Counted from the first letter of the stretch, positions 1-15,502 are shown. The stretch: DNA of 64,000 nucleotides from an uncultured Chloroflexia bacterium (GCA_963789905.1 CAWBMK010000007.1:189955-253954); one strand, 5' to 3'. The notes: generated by a model from the letters alone, not told the origin. Translations and numbers: made by a program.

Positions 1-395
<395 letters not shown>

Positions 396-406
396 CGGTC
401 GTGGCG

Positions 407-3509
<3,103 letters not shown>

Positions 3510-3546
3510 CGAGCGCGCGAGCGCTTGTGGGCCCGAGTTCGCCGGC

Positions 3547-4218
3547 CTAGGTGGACTTCTTGGTCGTCTTGCGGGCCGTCGCCTTGGGGGCCGATTTCTC
3601 CGCTGCGGCCTTCGCCGCGGGGGCGGCCTTGGCCTCGGTCGTCGCCGGTGCCGCGGTCTTCGCGGCGGGCTTCCTGGCGGGTTTCGCAGCGGGCTTCTTC
3701 GTCGCGACCGCGGCCTTTGGGGCCTGCTCGGCTGCTGCGGCAGCGGCGGCCGCGGCGGCCTCTGCCCGGGTCGTCTTGGCGAGCGCTGCGCGAGCCTTGC
3801 CGGCGGCCGTCTGGGCGCCCTTGGCCTTCGTCGCCTTCGAGGCGGCGATGCGCGCCTTGGCGGCCTTGGCCTGAGCCGCACCGCCGGTCTTCGTCTCGCG
3901 GGCGGCGGTCTTGACGCTTGCCCCGCCGGCTGCGGCGTTCACCTTGCGGGCCAGGCGCGACTTGCGACGCGCGGCGGCGTTGGGGTGGATCGCGCCCGAC
4001 TTCGCTGCCCGGTCGAGGGCGCTGATCGCGTCGGCCAGAGCATCCTGCGGATCCTCGCCATCGGGCCGGGTCGTGGCCACGAAGAGGGCGTTCTTGACCA
4101 GCGTCTTGGCCTTGGTCCGACGGGGGGCGAGAATCTCATGACGGCGCTTCGATGCGCGCACGCGCTTGAGTCCGGACGGGTTCCGGGCGCCGGTCCATGT
4201 GCGGGGCGTCTTGGCCAA
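3547..4218 (-). CDS. rpsT: 30S ribosomal protein S20 with long Ala/Lys-rich C-terminal extension
   Basis: S20 signature SALDRAAKSGAIHPNAAARRKSRL; TTG start with GAGG RBS; usual position near lepA. Confidence 0.9.
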   Translation of the reverse strand: MAKTPRTWTGARNPSGLKRVRASKRRHEILAPRRTKAKTLVKNALFVATTRPDGEDPQDALADAISALDRAAKSGAIHPNAAARRKSRLARKVNAAAGGASVKTAARETKTGGAAQAKAAKARIAASKATKAKGAQTAAGKARAALAKTTRAEAAAAAAAAAAEQAPKAAVATKKPAAKPARKPAAKTAAPATTEAKAAPAAKAAAEKSAPKATARKTTKKST

Positions 4219-4376
4219 GAGAAGACCTCATCGGACGTGGTGGGATGAGCGCGGGGAACGCGACGGCGGATGGTAGCACGGGCACCGTCGGCCTGATCCT
4301 GGCGCCCCGAATCGTCGGGGCGTCGGGTCGACGTCATCACGGGTTCCATGCTTGCCGTGGCGGACCTCGACCGGAT

Positions 4377-5679
4377 CTAGGGTTCGCCGTCGAGGATCTG
4401 GCTCAGCCGCCGGGCGATGCCCGCGCCGACGGCTGCGGCGCTGAACTGCCGCATCATGTGGGCTGCGAGCTCGCGCGCCGAGGTCCCGGCCGAACGCCGG
4501 ATCGCTGACGAGTCGACGCATGTGCTCGACGGCCTGATCGACATCGGGGTCGGCCCACTCCTGACCTTCGGGATACGGGTATTCGCCCTCGCCGACCGCC
4601 GTCAGCCGATAGTCCACGAGGAGGCTGTTGGTGTCGTCCATGAACTCGAGGTTCCCCGAATACGCGGTCCCGATGACGGGCTTGCCGAGGAACATCGACT
4701 CCGCGAGGCCGAGACCGAAGCCCTCGCTGCGATGAAGGGAAACATAGCTGTCGACGACGCTCTCCAGCCCGAAGACCTCGTCCCGCGGCATGAATTGGTC
4801 GATCACCTGAATTCGATCATCGGCATCGATCGCCTCATGGAGGTAGCCGAGCCGATCGTCGCCCTTGTCGGCGTTGGTCGATTTGATGACGAGGGCGACG
4901 CGCTGGTCCGTCCCCGGAAATGCGCTCCGAAACGCGTTGATGATCCCGAGCGGGTTCTTGCGCGCGACATACGAGTTGAAGCTGAACGTGAACAGGAAGG
5001 TGAACACGTCGTCGGCGAGCCCGAATTCCGATCGCCGATAGATGCGCGAAGGGGTCGCATTGACCGCCAGGCGGACCGTCCGCACCGGCTTGGACGTTGA
5101 GCCGGCCATGGTCTCGGCAACGAACCGGCTGGCGACCCAGATCTCGTCAACCCGGTCGATAGCTCCCTGCCAGGCGGCCGGAAGTCGGCCCAGCTCCCAG
5201 AACCAGAATCCGATGTTGTAGCGACCCGAGGTCAGCCCAGGTCCGAACTGGTTCATGAGCCGCACGGTATCGTTGGCGTTCACGCAGATGACGTTGATCG
5301 GGTGCGGCGTCTCGACCCCGATCGCGTTCGCGAATTGCAGGTCGGCACCCTGTGCGTCACTCGTGCTCGCGCTCACCAGCGCGACATCGACGCCGACCGC
5401 CTGGGCGGCGGTGACGAGCGATCTCGCAGCCTCCGCCATGCCGGAGTCACTACGGAAATGTCCGAGGACGTTGACTCGTGGGTCCGACCCGGATCCATCT
5501 GCCACGAAGGGCACGTGTTCGGCGACTGTCGCGACCCGGGGAGCCGGCGAGGGACGCCCGAGGAATCGTCGCCCGACCCGCCGGGTCTCGGGCGACAACC
5601 TGGCGGCCGCCCACCGAACCAGCCGCATGCCCCGGATCCGCGAATACGCTCCCGCCATGAGGCGCCTCAGGCGATCCAT
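4377..5679 (-). CDS. GT4-family glycosyltransferase, with an apparent +1 frameshift near 4468
   Basis: GFWFWEL, RKNPLG, SLHRSEGFGLGLAESM, VIGTAYSGNLEF; shifting frame at about 4468 gives a typical end AAHMMRQFSAAAVGAGIARRLSQILDGEP* (TAG 4379-4377). Confidence 0.85.
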
Positions 5680-5820
5680 CCGCGGCCTCCTACTGGGTAT
5701 TCGGTGCGGGTCACGGCCTCACGCTCCGGGGATCAAGTGCCGGGGCGCAGCGGCTTGGCATCGAGCGCCGCGACTGGGTGAACCGCGGTTCGGGGCCTGA
5801 TCCTGACTATACTCGCGTCC

Positions 5821-6840
5821 GTGCCGAAGACCGCATTGATCACCGGGGTGACAGGCCAGGACGGCTCCTATCTCGCCGAGCTGTTGCTCGACAAGGGGTA
5901 CCGCGTGGTCGGCATGACACGCCGGTCGAGCACGGCCACGAATGAGCGCATCGCCCACCTCGTCGATCGTCTCGAGATCGTGCAGGGCGATCTCCTCGAC
6001 CAGGCATCGCTCGTCGCGGCCCTGCGCGAGGTCGAGCCGGACGAGGTGTACAACCTCGCAGCCCAGAGCTTCGTCCCGACCTCCTGGAATCAGCCCGTCC
6101 TGACCGGCGAATTCACGGGGCTCGGCGTCACCCGCATGCTCGAGGCGATCCGCCAGGTCTCGCGACCGCTGCGCTTCTACCAGGCGTCCTCGAGCGAGAT
6201 GTTCGGCAAGGTTCGCGAGGTTCCGCAAAACGAGCTGACACCGTTCCACCCGCGCAACCCCTACGCCGTCGCGAAGGCGTACGGCCACTTCCTGACGGTC
6301 AATTACCGAGAGAGCTACGGGCTGTATGCGGTCTCCGGAATCCTGTTCAACCACGAGTCACCACGCCGTGGACTCGAGTTCGTCTCGCGCAAGATCACCG
6401 ATGGGGTGGCGCGGATCGCGGCCGGCCAGGCATCGACGCTCGCGCTGGGCAACCTCGACGCTGAGCGCGACTGGGGCTATGCGGGCGACTACGTGCGGGC
6501 GATCTGGCTGATGCTCCAGCAGGATGAGCCAACCGACTACGTCATCGCGACGGGGGTCGCGACGTCGGTCCGGGAGTTCTGTCGGATCGCGTTCGAACGA
6601 GCCGGCCTGAACTACCAAGATCACATCGTCGTCGACCCGAGCCTCTATCGGCCAGCCGAGGTCGATCATCTCCTCGGCGACGCGTCTCGGGCGACCCGGG
6701 ACCTTGGCTGGGCCCCGACGGTAGCCGTCCGCGACCTCGTCCACATGATGGTCGATGCCGATGTCGCGCGGTATGCGTCCGCGACCGAGCAGCGCGCTCG
6801 AAGCGCGGCGCCAGCAGGCGGAGCTCCCACGCGGGCGTGA
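5821..6840 (+). CDS. gmd: GDP-mannose 4,6-dehydratase
   Basis: [51 protein letters not shown]. Confidence 0.97.
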   Translation: MPKTALITGVTGQDGSYLAELLLDKGYRVVGMTRRSSTATNERIAHLVDRLEIVQGDLLDQASLVAALREVEPDEVYNLAAQSFVPTSWNQPVLTGEFTGLGVTRMLEAIRQVSRPLRFYQASSSEMFGKVREVPQNELTPFHPRNPYAVAKAYGHFLTVNYRESYGLYAVSGILFNHESPRRGLEFVSRKITDGVARIAAGQASTLALGNLDAERDWGYAGDYVRAIWLMLQQDEPTDYVIATGVATSVREFCRIAFERAGLNYQDHIVVDPSLYRPAEVDHLLGDASRATRDLGWAPTVAVRDLVHMMVDADVARYASATEQRARSAAPAGGAPTRA

Positions 6841-7748
6841 GGGTACTGGTCACCGGCTCTACCGGCTTCGTCGGTCGGTGGATGGTGGACGAGCTCCTCC
6901 ACGCGGGCCACGTCCTGGCTGCCGCACCCTTCGAGCGTGTCGAGATCACCGATGACGAGGCGATCGGTGCGCTGGTCGAGGAGACCCGGCCAGATGGAGT
7001 CGTCCACCTCGCCGGTATGTCATTCGGGCCGGACGCCACACGTGACCACGAGATGGCCGCACGGATCAACACCGGCGGAACCGTCGTGCTCCTGCGGGCT
7101 CTTGCGCGTCTGGAACACCGGCCAGCCGTTGTCGTCGTCGGCTCGTCGGAGGTGTATGGCAACCCGAATCCCCGTGACCTCCCGCTGTCCGAGAGTGCCC
7201 CGACCCGTCCGACCTCGCCGTACGGCCGCTCGAAGCTGGGTCAGGAAGAGGCCGCATTGGCAGCCGCCCACGCCGGAGCGGCGACCATCGCGGTCACCCG
7301 TTCGTTCAACCACACAGGGCCGGGACAGCGCGCCGAATTCGTGGCCCCCGCCCTGGCTCGCCGCGTGCTCGCCGCTCGCGACACCGGTCAGGTCGAGATC
7401 CCGGTCGGGAACCTCGACGTCCGGCGGGACTTCGGAGACGTCCGAGACGTCGTTCGCGCGTACCGTCTGATCCTCGAGGCGCTCGCTGTTGGAACGATCC
7501 CATCGGGTTCGGTCCTGAACGTGGCTGCCGGCAAGCCCATTGCGATCCGGGAGATGCTCGCGATCATCGCCGACATCGTCGGTATCGAGGTCCGACCGAT
7601 CCAGGATCCGTCCCTGACTCGGGCGAACGACCCACCGGAGGTCGTCGGAGACGCAACGCTCTTGAGCGCCTTGACCGGCTGGCGGCCGTCGATCCCGCTG
7701 CGCCAGACCCTCGCGGATCTGGTGGCCAGTGTCGAATCAGGCGGCTGA
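6837..7748 (+). CDS. GDP-4-keto-6-deoxy-D-mannose reductase (Rmd-like extended SDR)
   Basis: [36 protein letters not shown]; coupled to gmd. Confidence 0.8.
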   Translation: MRVLVTGSTGFVGRWMVDELLHAGHVLAAAPFERVEITDDEAIGALVEETRPDGVVHLAGMSFGPDATRDHEMAARINTGGTVVLLRALARLEHRPAVVVVGSSEVYGNPNPRDLPLSESAPTRPTSPYGRSKLGQEEAALAAAHAGAATIAVTRSFNHTGPGQRAEFVAPALARRVLAARDTGQVEIPVGNLDVRRDFGDVRDVVRAYRLILEALAVGTIPSGSVLNVAAGKPIAIREMLAIIADIVGIEVRPIQDPSLTRANDPPEVVGDATLLSALTGWRPSIPLRQTLADLVASVESGG

Positions 7749-7793
7749 AACGGCTGGCGGTGCCGCGGGCACGACCGGCTACCCTCCCGCCTG

Positions 7794-9605
7794 GTGACCA
7801 TCCCCCAGGAACGCATTCGTAACTTCTCGATCATCGCCCATATCGATCACGGCAAGTCCACGCTCGCCGATCGGCTGCTCGAGACGACCCACACGATCGA
7901 CCCGCGGCAGATGACAAGCCAGGTCCTCGATTCGATGGACCTCGAGCGCGAGAAAGGAATCACGATCAAGGCCCGCGCGGTCCGCCTGGAGTACCCCGCG
8001 AAGGATGGGCTCATCTACGGGCTGGACCTCATCGACACGCCCGGTCACGTCGACTTCAGCTACGAGGTGAGCCGCAGCCTCCAGGCCTGCGAGGGCGCGA
8101 TCCTCGTCGTCGATGCCACCCAGGGCATCGAGGCCCAAACGCTCGCCAACGTCCACCTCGCCCACCGCCAGGGTCTCGTCATCGTGCCGGTCGTCAACAA
8201 GATCGACCTGCCGTCGGCCGATCCCGACCTCGTGATCGAGGAGCTCGAGAGCGTCCTGGCGATCCCCCGCGAGGAGGTCCTCCTCGCATCGGCCAAGGAG
8301 GGGACCGGCGTCACCGAGATCCTCGAGGCGATCGTGGCCCGGGTACCCGCGCCAAGCGGAGACAGGCGGGCGCCGCTGCAGGGCCTCGTCTTCGACTCGC
8401 ACTACGATCCCTACAAGGGCGTCGTGGCGTATGTCCGCCTCGTCGCCGGACAGCTCCACGCCCGCGACGACATCAGGCTCATGGGCTCGGGCGCCGAGTC
8501 GGAGATCCTCGAGCTCGGCTTCTTCAGGCCGGGGCTCGTACCGGTCGACACGCTGAGCGCGGGCGAGGTCGGCTATGTGGCCACGGGCCTCAAGAGCGTC
8601 CGCGACGCCCAGGTCGGAGACACGATCACGACGGTCGGCCGTCCGGCCGCCGCGCCGCTGCCTGGCTACCAACCGGCCAAGAGCCTCGTGTTCGCGGGCG
8701 TCTATCCACTCGCCGGGGATGACTACCCACTGCTGCGCGACGCCCTCGAGAAGCTCCACCTCAACGACGCGTCGTTCACCTACCAGCCGGAATTGTCCGT
8801 GGCCCTCGGCTTCGGGTTCCGCTGCGGCTTCCTGGGGCTACTCCACATGGAGATCGTGCAGGAACGGCTCGAGCGCGAGTTCGACCTCGATCTCATCGCT
8901 TCCGCGCCATCGGTCGAGTATCGCGTCGTCCTCACCAACGGCCGGGGTGAGGTCGTCGTCGACAACCCGGCCAGGATGCCGGGGCCCTCGGACATCGAGG
9001 AGATCCACGAACCCTGGGTGACCCTCTCGATCGTGACGCCGTCGAGCTACATCGGGACGCTCATGGAGCTCTCGACGGGTCGGCGCGGCAGCTTCATCGA
9101 CCTCGAATACCTCGACCCGACCCGTGTCGTCATGCGTTTCGAGCTGCCCCTGGGCGAGGTCATCGTCGATTACTACGATCAGCTCAAGAGCCGAACCCAG
9201 GGTTACGCCTCGATGGACTACGAGGAGGCCGGCTACCGTCCGGCCGATCTCGTGAAGATCGACGTCCTCGTCAACGGCGAGCCTGTCGATGCACTCTCGC
9301 TCATCGCCCACCGCGACAAGGCTCAGCGGATCGGGCGGCTGCTCGTGGAGAAGCTCAAGGAGCTCATCCCGCGTCAGATGTTCGAGGTGCCGATCCAGGC
9401 CGCGATCGGCGCCAACGTCATCGCCCGCGAATCGATCCGGGCGATGCGCAAGAACGTCCTGGCGAAGTGCTACGGTGGCGACATCACTCGCAAGCGCAAG
9501 CTCATCGAGAAGCAGAAAGAGGGCAAGGCGCGGATGAAGCGCGTCGGGTCGGTCGAGATCCCACAGGAGGCGTTCCTGGCCGTGCTTCGGACGGACGAGG
9601 CCTGA
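7794..9605 (+). CDS. lepA: elongation factor 4 (LepA)
   Basis: [55 protein letters not shown]. Confidence 0.98.
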   Translation: MTIPQERIRNFSIIAHIDHGKSTLADRLLETTHTIDPRQMTSQVLDSMDLEREKGITIKARAVRLEYPAKDGLIYGLDLIDTPGHVDFSYEVSRSLQACEGAILVVDATQGIEAQTLANVHLAHRQGLVIVPVVNKIDLPSADPDLVIEELESVLAIPREEVLLASAKEGTGVTEILEAIVARVPAPSGDRRAPLQGLVFDSHYDPYKGVVAYVRLVAGQLHARDDIRLMGSGAESEILELGFFRPGLVPVDTLSAGEVGYVATGLKSVRDAQVGDTITTVGRPAAAPLPGYQPAKSLVFAGVYPLAGDDYPLLRDALEKLHLNDASFTYQPELSVALGFGFRCGFLGLLHMEIVQERLEREFDLDLIASAPSVEYRVVLTNGRGEVVVDNPARMPGPSDIEEIHEPWVTLSIVTPSSYIGTLMELSTGRRGSFIDLEYLDPTRVVMRFELPLGEVIVDYYDQLKSRTQGYASMDYEEAGYRPADLVKIDVLVNGEPVDALSLIAHRDKAQRIGRLLVEKLKELIPRQMFEVPIQAAIGANVIARESIRAMRKNVLAKCYGGDITRKRKLIEKQKEGKARMKRVGSVEIPQEAFLAVLRTDEA

Positions 9606-10366
9606 TGGGCGACTTGCTTGCGACATTCGGGCCGCTGATGGGCCTGGCCCTGGGTGGGCTTGCGGTGCTTCACCGACTCGAGGCCGAGAACGCCGGCGCG
9701 GCCGAGTTCGACGAGGTCCAGGACGGTCGGATGCCGCCGCTGCGACGGCGCCTCTACTGGTACCTCACGGGCTTCCTGCTCATCGCCGGGGTGCTCATTC
9801 TCGACCCCGAGGCCGACACCACCCTCCACCTCCAGCTCGGCGACCGGTTGCCGGCCATCCTGTTCGGCGTCGTCTACGCCCTCATCGGCGTCGGCCAGGC
9901 CGTGGCCTTTGCCATGTGGCGCTACGGGCGGCTGCGCTTCCCGCCGCCCGCTTCGTATCCGGGCGCGCTCATCAACGACATCGCGACGGCGTTCATCGAC
10001 GAGGCCGTGTTCCGCGGCATCGTTCTCGGCTACCTCGTGCTCATGACCGACGCGATCGGGTTCTCGCCGTGGGTCGCGATCGTCGCCGCGGCGCTCGTCT
10101 ACGTCCTGGCGACACGGGTCGCCGCGCGCGGGCGCCCTCCGTACATGCTCTTCTTCACGTTCGGGGTCGGCGTCATCGGCGGCTACCTGACGCTCATCAC
10201 GGGTGGGATCGGCGCCGCCTTCCTCGGCCACGCAGTGGCTCGCTTCTCGGTCTTCCTGGTGACTGGTCACGCCGGCCAGGTGACGTGGCGAGGGACCGAG
10301 GAGGAGGAGATCGAGCGCGAGCGCCGGCCGCCCGACGGCTGGCGGGTCGTCAAGGACCGCTCCTGA
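9605..10366 (+). CDS. CPBP/Abi-family intramembrane glutamic endopeptidase-like protein
   Basis: Multi-TM; DEAVFRG (EExxFRG variant) and C-terminal GHAVAR motif. Confidence 0.7.
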   Translation: MGDLLATFGPLMGLALGGLAVLHRLEAENAGAAEFDEVQDGRMPPLRRRLYWYLTGFLLIAGVLILDPEADTTLHLQLGDRLPAILFGVVYALIGVGQAVAFAMWRYGRLRFPPPASYPGALINDIATAFIDEAVFRGIVLGYLVLMTDAIGFSPWVAIVAAALVYVLATRVAARGRPPYMLFFTFGVGVIGGYLTLITGGIGAAFLGHAVARFSVFLVTGHAGQVTWRGTEEEEIERERRPPDGWRVVKDRS

Positions 10367-10380
10367 CCGACGCCGGCGTG

Positions 10381-11627
10381 ATGCCCGACGCGGCGCCACG
10401 TCCCCGCCCCACGCCGCCCGATTCGCTTTACCTCCACATTCCGTTCTGCGTGTCCCGCTGCCCCTACTGCGATTTCGTGGTGTACGCCGGCGCTGCTGCT
10501 CGGGGCCCACGGAACCGGATAGATACGTTTGTCGCCGCTCTGGAGGCCGAGATCGTCCTTCGAGCCGCTGCGGCGGACGCGCAGTTCGGACCACCGGGGA
10601 CACCCGGCAGGCCGCCGCTGGGGAGTGTCTATCTCGGGGGTGGCACCCCGTCGCTGCTCGGTCCTCGGGCCGTCGAGGATCTGATCGGGCTCTCCCGGGA
10701 ACGGTTCGGGCTGACGCCGGACGCCGAGATCACCCTCGAGGCGAACCCAGCTCCCGCGGAGCGTGGTCGCGCCTCCGATTGGCGGGCTGCGGGCATCACC
10801 CGACTTTCGATCGGAGCGCAGTCGATGGTCGATGGGGAGATCCGAGCGCTCGGCCGACGACACTCGGCAGCGGACGTCGTCGACGCCGTGGCCGAGGCTC
10901 GCGGGGCCGGGATCGCGAGCGTCAGCCTCGACCTGCTGTACGACATCCCAGGCCAGACCCTCGACTCCTGGTCCTGCTCCCTCGAGGCGGCCCTTGCTCT
11001 TGGCCCAGATCACCTGTCGCTCTACGCGCTGACGCTCGACGATCTCGATGCAAAGGGATTGGCCGTGCCGACGAGCGACCACTTGCCGACGACTCCAGGC
11101 GCCCGGCGATGGCGCGAGCGGGCGCGGGCGCGCCAGGACGACGATCGAGCCGCCGCGATGTACGAGAGTGTCGTCGAGCGCCTCGCGGGGACGACTGGCG
11201 TGGGTATGAGATCAGCAACTGGGCCCGCCCCGGTCATGAGAGCCGCCACAACCTCGTCTACTGGGAGCGCCGGCCCTACGAAGCGGTGGGTCCGGGCGCC
11301 CATGCCTTCGACGGCGCCGTTAGGCGCTGGAACGCAGCCGACCTGGACGCCTACGTCGCCCCTCTAGCACCATCTGACGGCTCACCACCTTCTATGCCAC
11401 CCGGCGGGTTCGAGCCGATCGACCGTCGAACGGCCGATGCGGAACGGCTCATCCTCGGCCTCCGGCTGGACTCCGGGATCCCACGCGCATGGGCCGAGCG
11501 CCCGCCGCTCGCCTCGGCCGCGCCATGGGCGATCGATTCGGGCCTCCTCGAGGCCATCGACGATCGGCTCCGCCTGACGACCCGCGGTCGCCTTCTCTCG
11601 AACGAGCTGTTCGCCCGGGTGCTCTGA
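10381..11627 (+). CDS. hemW: radical SAM heme chaperone HemW, frameshifted at about 11190
   Basis: LYLHIPFCVSRCPYCDF, GGGTPS, EANP; YEISNW and HNLVYW continue in another frame after a G run at 11187-11190; lepA-hemW-hrcA synteny. Confidence 0.88.
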
Positions 11628-11671
11628 CCGGACGCCGGACCTTCCCAGGCGGGCTAGACGCTGATCGGTCG

Positions 11672-11701
11672 TTGACACTCTCGGTTGGCGGCTGCTACGA
11701 T
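11672..11701 (+). promoter_or_regulatory. sigma70-type promoter of hrcA-grpE-dnaK
   Basis: TTGACA (11672-11677), 18 nt, TACGAT (11696-11701) with TG extension. Confidence 0.75.
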
Positions 11702-11713
11702 GCGGGTCATAAC

Positions 11714-11740
11714 TTAGCACTCTCATGTTTAGAGTGCTAA
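11714..11740. promoter_or_regulatory. CIRCE operator (HrcA binding site)
   Basis: Exact TTAGCACTC-N9-GAGTGCTAA just upstream of hrcA. Confidence 0.97.
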
Positions 11741-11756
11741 GAGCCACGAGGAGCCG

Positions 11757-12818
11757 ATGAGCCGCGTGCGGCGCACAAGGGGCTCGCTGGACCAGAGAAC
11801 ACAGGCGGTCCTGCGGGCAGTCATCGAGGAATACGTCACCACTGCTCAGCCGGTCGGCAGCCAGGCGCTCGTCGACCGCTACGGCATCGGCGTGTCCTCG
11901 GCCACCGTGCGTAACACGCTCGCCGAGCTGGAAGGTGCGGGCCTGCTCCGTCATCCCCACACCTCGGCCGGACGGATCCCCACCGACGCCGGCTATCGCT
12001 GGTATGTCGAGTCGGTCATGGATGCGGTGCCGTTGCCGGCCGTCGAGCAGCTCATGATCCGCCACCAGTTCGGCCAGGTCGAATTCGCCTCGGAGCATTG
12101 GTTCCGCCTCGCTGCCTCGACGATCGCCGCGGCGACGAGATCGGCGGGCATCGCGACGGCTGCCAAGCCGGCCACCGCTCGCGTCCGTCGCGTCGATCTC
12201 GTCGCCATCAACGATCGGCTGGCGAGCCTCGTCGTCGTCCTTCGCGAGGGGACCATCAAGCAGGTTCTGTTGACCCTCGACGACGGTGTCGACCAGACCG
12301 CGCTCTCTATCGTCGCCGGCGTCATCAACGAGCTGGTCGCCGGACGTTCCACCTCGGAGATCGGCGGGCGCCTGGAGTCGATCGACGCTCGCATGCCCTA
12401 CGCCGACCTCGCAACGCGCGTCGGCGAGCGGATCGCCGGCATCCTCCGCGAGTACGACGCGGCCATTGTCGAAGACGTCTACTCCGACGGCCTCCTCAAC
12501 GTGATGGCGGCCCCCGAGTTCGCCGAGGCGGACAAGCTGCGACGAGTGTTCTCCGCGCTGGAGAACCGGGCCTATCTTGGTGCGCTGGTCGGGGCGGTCG
12601 CCGAGGCCGGCACGATCCGCGTCTTCATCGGTTCCGAGAACGCGATGCCCGACATGCACGAGGTCTCGCTCGTCATGGCGCCCTACGGCCGGCCAGGCCG
12701 GGCTGTCGGCATCGTGGGCGTCCTGGGGCCGACACGAATGGCCTATTCGCAGGCCATCGGCACTGTCCGTTTCGTATCCGGGCTCATGCACGAGCTCGTC
12801 GACCACCTGTACGCCTGA
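11757..12818 (+). CDS. hrcA: heat-inducible transcription repressor HrcA
   Basis: PVGS, SSATVRN, PHTSAGRIPT, GVLGPTRM; CIRCE upstream. Confidence 0.97.
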   Translation: MSRVRRTRGSLDQRTQAVLRAVIEEYVTTAQPVGSQALVDRYGIGVSSATVRNTLAELEGAGLLRHPHTSAGRIPTDAGYRWYVESVMDAVPLPAVEQLMIRHQFGQVEFASEHWFRLAASTIAAATRSAGIATAAKPATARVRRVDLVAINDRLASLVVVLREGTIKQVLLTLDDGVDQTALSIVAGVINELVAGRSTSEIGGRLESIDARMPYADLATRVGERIAGILREYDAAIVEDVYSDGLLNVMAAPEFAEADKLRRVFSALENRAYLGALVGAVAEAGTIRVFIGSENAMPDMHEVSLVMAPYGRPGRAVGIVGVLGPTRMAYSQAIGTVRFVSGLMHELVDHLYA

Positions 12819-12825
12819 GGCATCG

Positions 12826-13398
12826 ATGACGACACCGCGACGATCGACCCGCCAGCACCCCGGCCAGCCGTCGGTCGACGGCCGTGCCGAGATCGAGCGT
12901 CTCGAGGCCGAGCTCGCCGATGCGAGGCGACAGGGCGAGGAGTTCCTGGCCGCGCTTCAGCGGGAACGAGCCGAGTTCATCAACTACAAGCGCCGGACGA
13001 CAGAGGAGCGCCAGGCAGCGCTCGGGCTCGCCTCGGAATCGCTGCTCCGCAAGGTCCTGACCCTGGCCGACGACTTCGACCGCGCCATCGAGGCTCGCCC
13101 GGAGGAGCTTGCCGATCACGCCTGGGTCGACGGCATCGCCGCCATCGATCGCAAGCTGCGGATCCTCCTCGAGAGCGAGGGCGTCACGCCCATCGAGTCG
13201 ACGCCGGGCACGCCGTTCGATCCCCGCGAGCATGAGGCCGTGGTGAACATCCCGGGCACCGGGCGAGCCGACGGCGAGATCGTCGAAGAGATCATCAGGG
13301 GCTATCGCCTCCGCGACCGCGTCCTGCGGCCCGCCATCGTGGCGGTCGCCGGAGGCGACGAAGAGACAACCACATCCACCGACACCACGAACGACTGA
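12826..13398 (+). CDS. grpE: nucleotide exchange factor GrpE
   Basis: [33 protein letters not shown]. Confidence 0.95.
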   Translation: MTTPRRSTRQHPGQPSVDGRAEIERLEAELADARRQGEEFLAALQRERAEFINYKRRTTEERQAALGLASESLLRKVLTLADDFDRAIEARPEELADHAWVDGIAAIDRKLRILLESEGVTPIESTPGTPFDPREHEAVVNIPGTGRADGEIVEEIIRGYRLRDRVLRPAIVAVAGGDEETTTSTDTTND

Positions 13399-13415
13399 CA
13401 GGGAGCGGAACAGAC

Positions 13416-15377
13416 ATGGGCAAGATCATCGGCATCGACCTCGGTACCACGAACTCCGTGGTCGCCGTCATGGAGGGCGGCGAGCCGACCGTCATCGCCT
13501 CGGCCGAGGGCGGCCGGACGGTCCCGTCGGTCGTGGCCTTCACGAAGACCGGCGAGCGCCTCGTCGGCCAGCTCGCCAAGCGCCAGGCGATCACGAACCC
13601 GGCCAACACGATCTATTCGATCAAGCGCTTCATGGGCCGTCGTTTCGACGACAGCGAGGCCAAGCGAGCCGGCGAGCACGTTCCCTACAAGGTCGAGAAG
13701 GACCCCAAGTCGGATGGCGTCGTCGTCGTCGCCGATGGAAAGCGGTACACGCCGCCCGAGATCAGCGCGATGATCCTCCAGAAGCTCCGCTCCGACGCCG
13801 AGGCGTATCTCGGCGAGAAGGTGACCGAGGCGGTCATCACCGTCCCGGCCTACTTCGACGACACCCAGCGTCAGGCGACCAAGGACGCCGGGCGGATCGC
13901 CGGTCTCGACGTCAAGCGGATCATCAACGAGCCGACGGCGTCCGCCCTGGCCTACGGGCTCGACAAGAAGAAGGACGAGAAGATCGCCGTCTACGATCTC
14001 GGCGGCGGCACGTTCGACATCAGCATCCTCGAGCTCGGCGACGGCGTGTTCGAGGTCAAAGCCACCAACGGTGATACCCACCTCGGCGGCGACGACTTCG
14101 ATCAGCGGGTCATCGAGTGGCTGCTGGCCGAGTTCAAGAAGGACCAGGGCATCGACCTCTCGAAGGACGCCCAGGCCATGCAGCGCCTCAAGGAGGCGGC
14201 CGAGAAGGCGAAGATCGAGCTGTCCACGACGGCCACGACCGAGATCAACCTGCCTTACATCACGGCCGACGCGTCGGGCCCCAAGCATCTCGTCATCAGC
14301 CTCACCCGGGCGAAGCTCGAGGACCTCGTCTCCGACCTCATCGAGAAGACGAAGGAGCCCGTCCGGAAGGCGCTGAAGGACGCCAGTCTTGCGGCCAAGG
14401 ACATCGACGAGGTCATCCTCGTTGGCGGCCAGACGCGTATGCCGGCCGTCGTCGAGGCGGTCAAGTCCGTCTTCGGCGGAAAGGAGCCACACAAGGGCGT
14501 CAACCCCGACGAGGTCGTCGCGGTCGGCGCGGCCATCCAGGCCGGTGTCCTGGGCGGCGAAGTGAAGGATGTCCTCCTCCTCGACGTGACTCCGCTGTCC
14601 CTTGGGATCGAGACCCTCGGCGGCGTCATGACCCGCCTCATCGAGCGGAACACGACGATCCCGACCTCGAAGTCGCAGACGTTCTCGACCGCCGCCGACA
14701 ATCAGACCCAGGTCGAGATCCACGTCCTCCAGGGCGAGCGCGATTTCGCGACGGACAACAAGACGCTGGGACGGTTCATCCTCGATGGCATCCCGCCGGC
14801 ACCGCGCGGTATCCCCCAGATCGAGGTCGCATTCGACATCGACGCCAACGGGATCCTCGATGTCCGGGCCAAGGACCGGGCAACCGGCAAGGAGCAGCAG
14901 GTCCGCATCACCGCGTCGTCGATGCTGTCCAAGGACGACGTGGACAAGATGGTCAAGGATGCCCAGGAGCATGCCACCGAGGATCGCGAGCGTCGCGAAC
15001 AGGTCGAGCTCCACAACCAGGCCGAACAGCTGACCTACCAGGCCGAGCGGACTCTCCGCGACCTGGGCGACAAGGTCTCGGAGGACGATCGGACGGATGT
15101 CGAGTCCAAGGTGGCTTCGCTGCGCGAGGCACTGAAAGGCACCGACGACGAGGCCGTGAGGTCCGGCGCATCGGTCCTGGCGGAGTCGCTCTCGCGGGTC
15201 TCGACGAAGGCATACGATGCGGCCGCCTCATCGGCAGGCTCATCCGACGGTACCGCTGACGGCACGGACGGTTCGGCCGGGCCCGGCGATGAGTCGCCCT
15301 CAGAGGACGACGGAGCGGCGGGCGAAGGCGCCGCCGAGGGCGAGGAGACGGTCGAGGGCACCTACAAGGAGGTCTGA
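13416..15377 (+). CDS. dnaK: chaperone DnaK
   Basis: [38 protein letters not shown]. Confidence 0.99.
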   Translation: MGKIIGIDLGTTNSVVAVMEGGEPTVIASAEGGRTVPSVVAFTKTGERLVGQLAKRQAITNPANTIYSIKRFMGRRFDDSEAKRAGEHVPYKVEKDPKSDGVVVVADGKRYTPPEISAMILQKLRSDAEAYLGEKVTEAVITVPAYFDDTQRQATKDAGRIAGLDVKRIINEPTASALAYGLDKKKDEKIAVYDLGGGTFDISILELGDGVFEVKATNGDTHLGGDDFDQRVIEWLLAEFKKDQGIDLSKDAQAMQRLKEAAEKAKIELSTTATTEINLPYITADASGPKHLVISLTRAKLEDLVSDLIEKTKEPVRKALKDASLAAKDIDEVILVGGQTRMPAVVEAVKSVFGGKEPHKGVNPDEVVAVGAAIQAGVLGGEVKDVLLLDVTPLSLGIETLGGVMTRLIERNTTIPTSKSQTFSTAADNQTQVEIHVLQGERDFATDNKTLGRFILDGIPPAPRGIPQIEVAFDIDANGILDVRAKDRATGKEQQVRITASSMLSKDDVDKMVKDAQEHATEDRERREQVELHNQAEQLTYQAERTLRDLGDKVSEDDRTDVESKVASLREALKGTDDEAVRSGASVLAESLSRVSTKAYDAAASSAGSSDGTADGTDGSAGPGDESPSEDDGAAGEGAAEGEETVEGTYKEV

Positions 15378-15386
15378 GTGGCCGCG

Positions 15387-15502
15387 CTGAGCATGCCTGT
15401 GCTCATCGTCGGCGGCAGCGGGCGGTGGCCCTCGTCCCGATCTGTCCGATCCGCACTGGGCCACCCGTGCTGAACGCCGATCCTGAGCCTGTTTGTGCTC
15501 GG
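15387..15502. repeat. 116-bp REPIN-like palindromic element, family B, copy 1
   Basis: CTGAGCA-N6-TGCTCA hairpin, central stem GGTGGCCC...GGGCCACC, and terminal CTGAGC...TGCTCGG; same layout and length as 25374-25489. Confidence 0.75.

Noticed and set aside
11180-11200. Programmed frameshift in hemW
   Set aside because: No slippery heptamer or stimulatory structure; a homopolymer error is simpler
13302-15014. 570-aa antisense ORF opposite dnaK, and similar long shadows such as 42159-44351 and 46689-49361
   Set aside because: Expected stop-poor antisense frames of high-GC genes; no protein motifs
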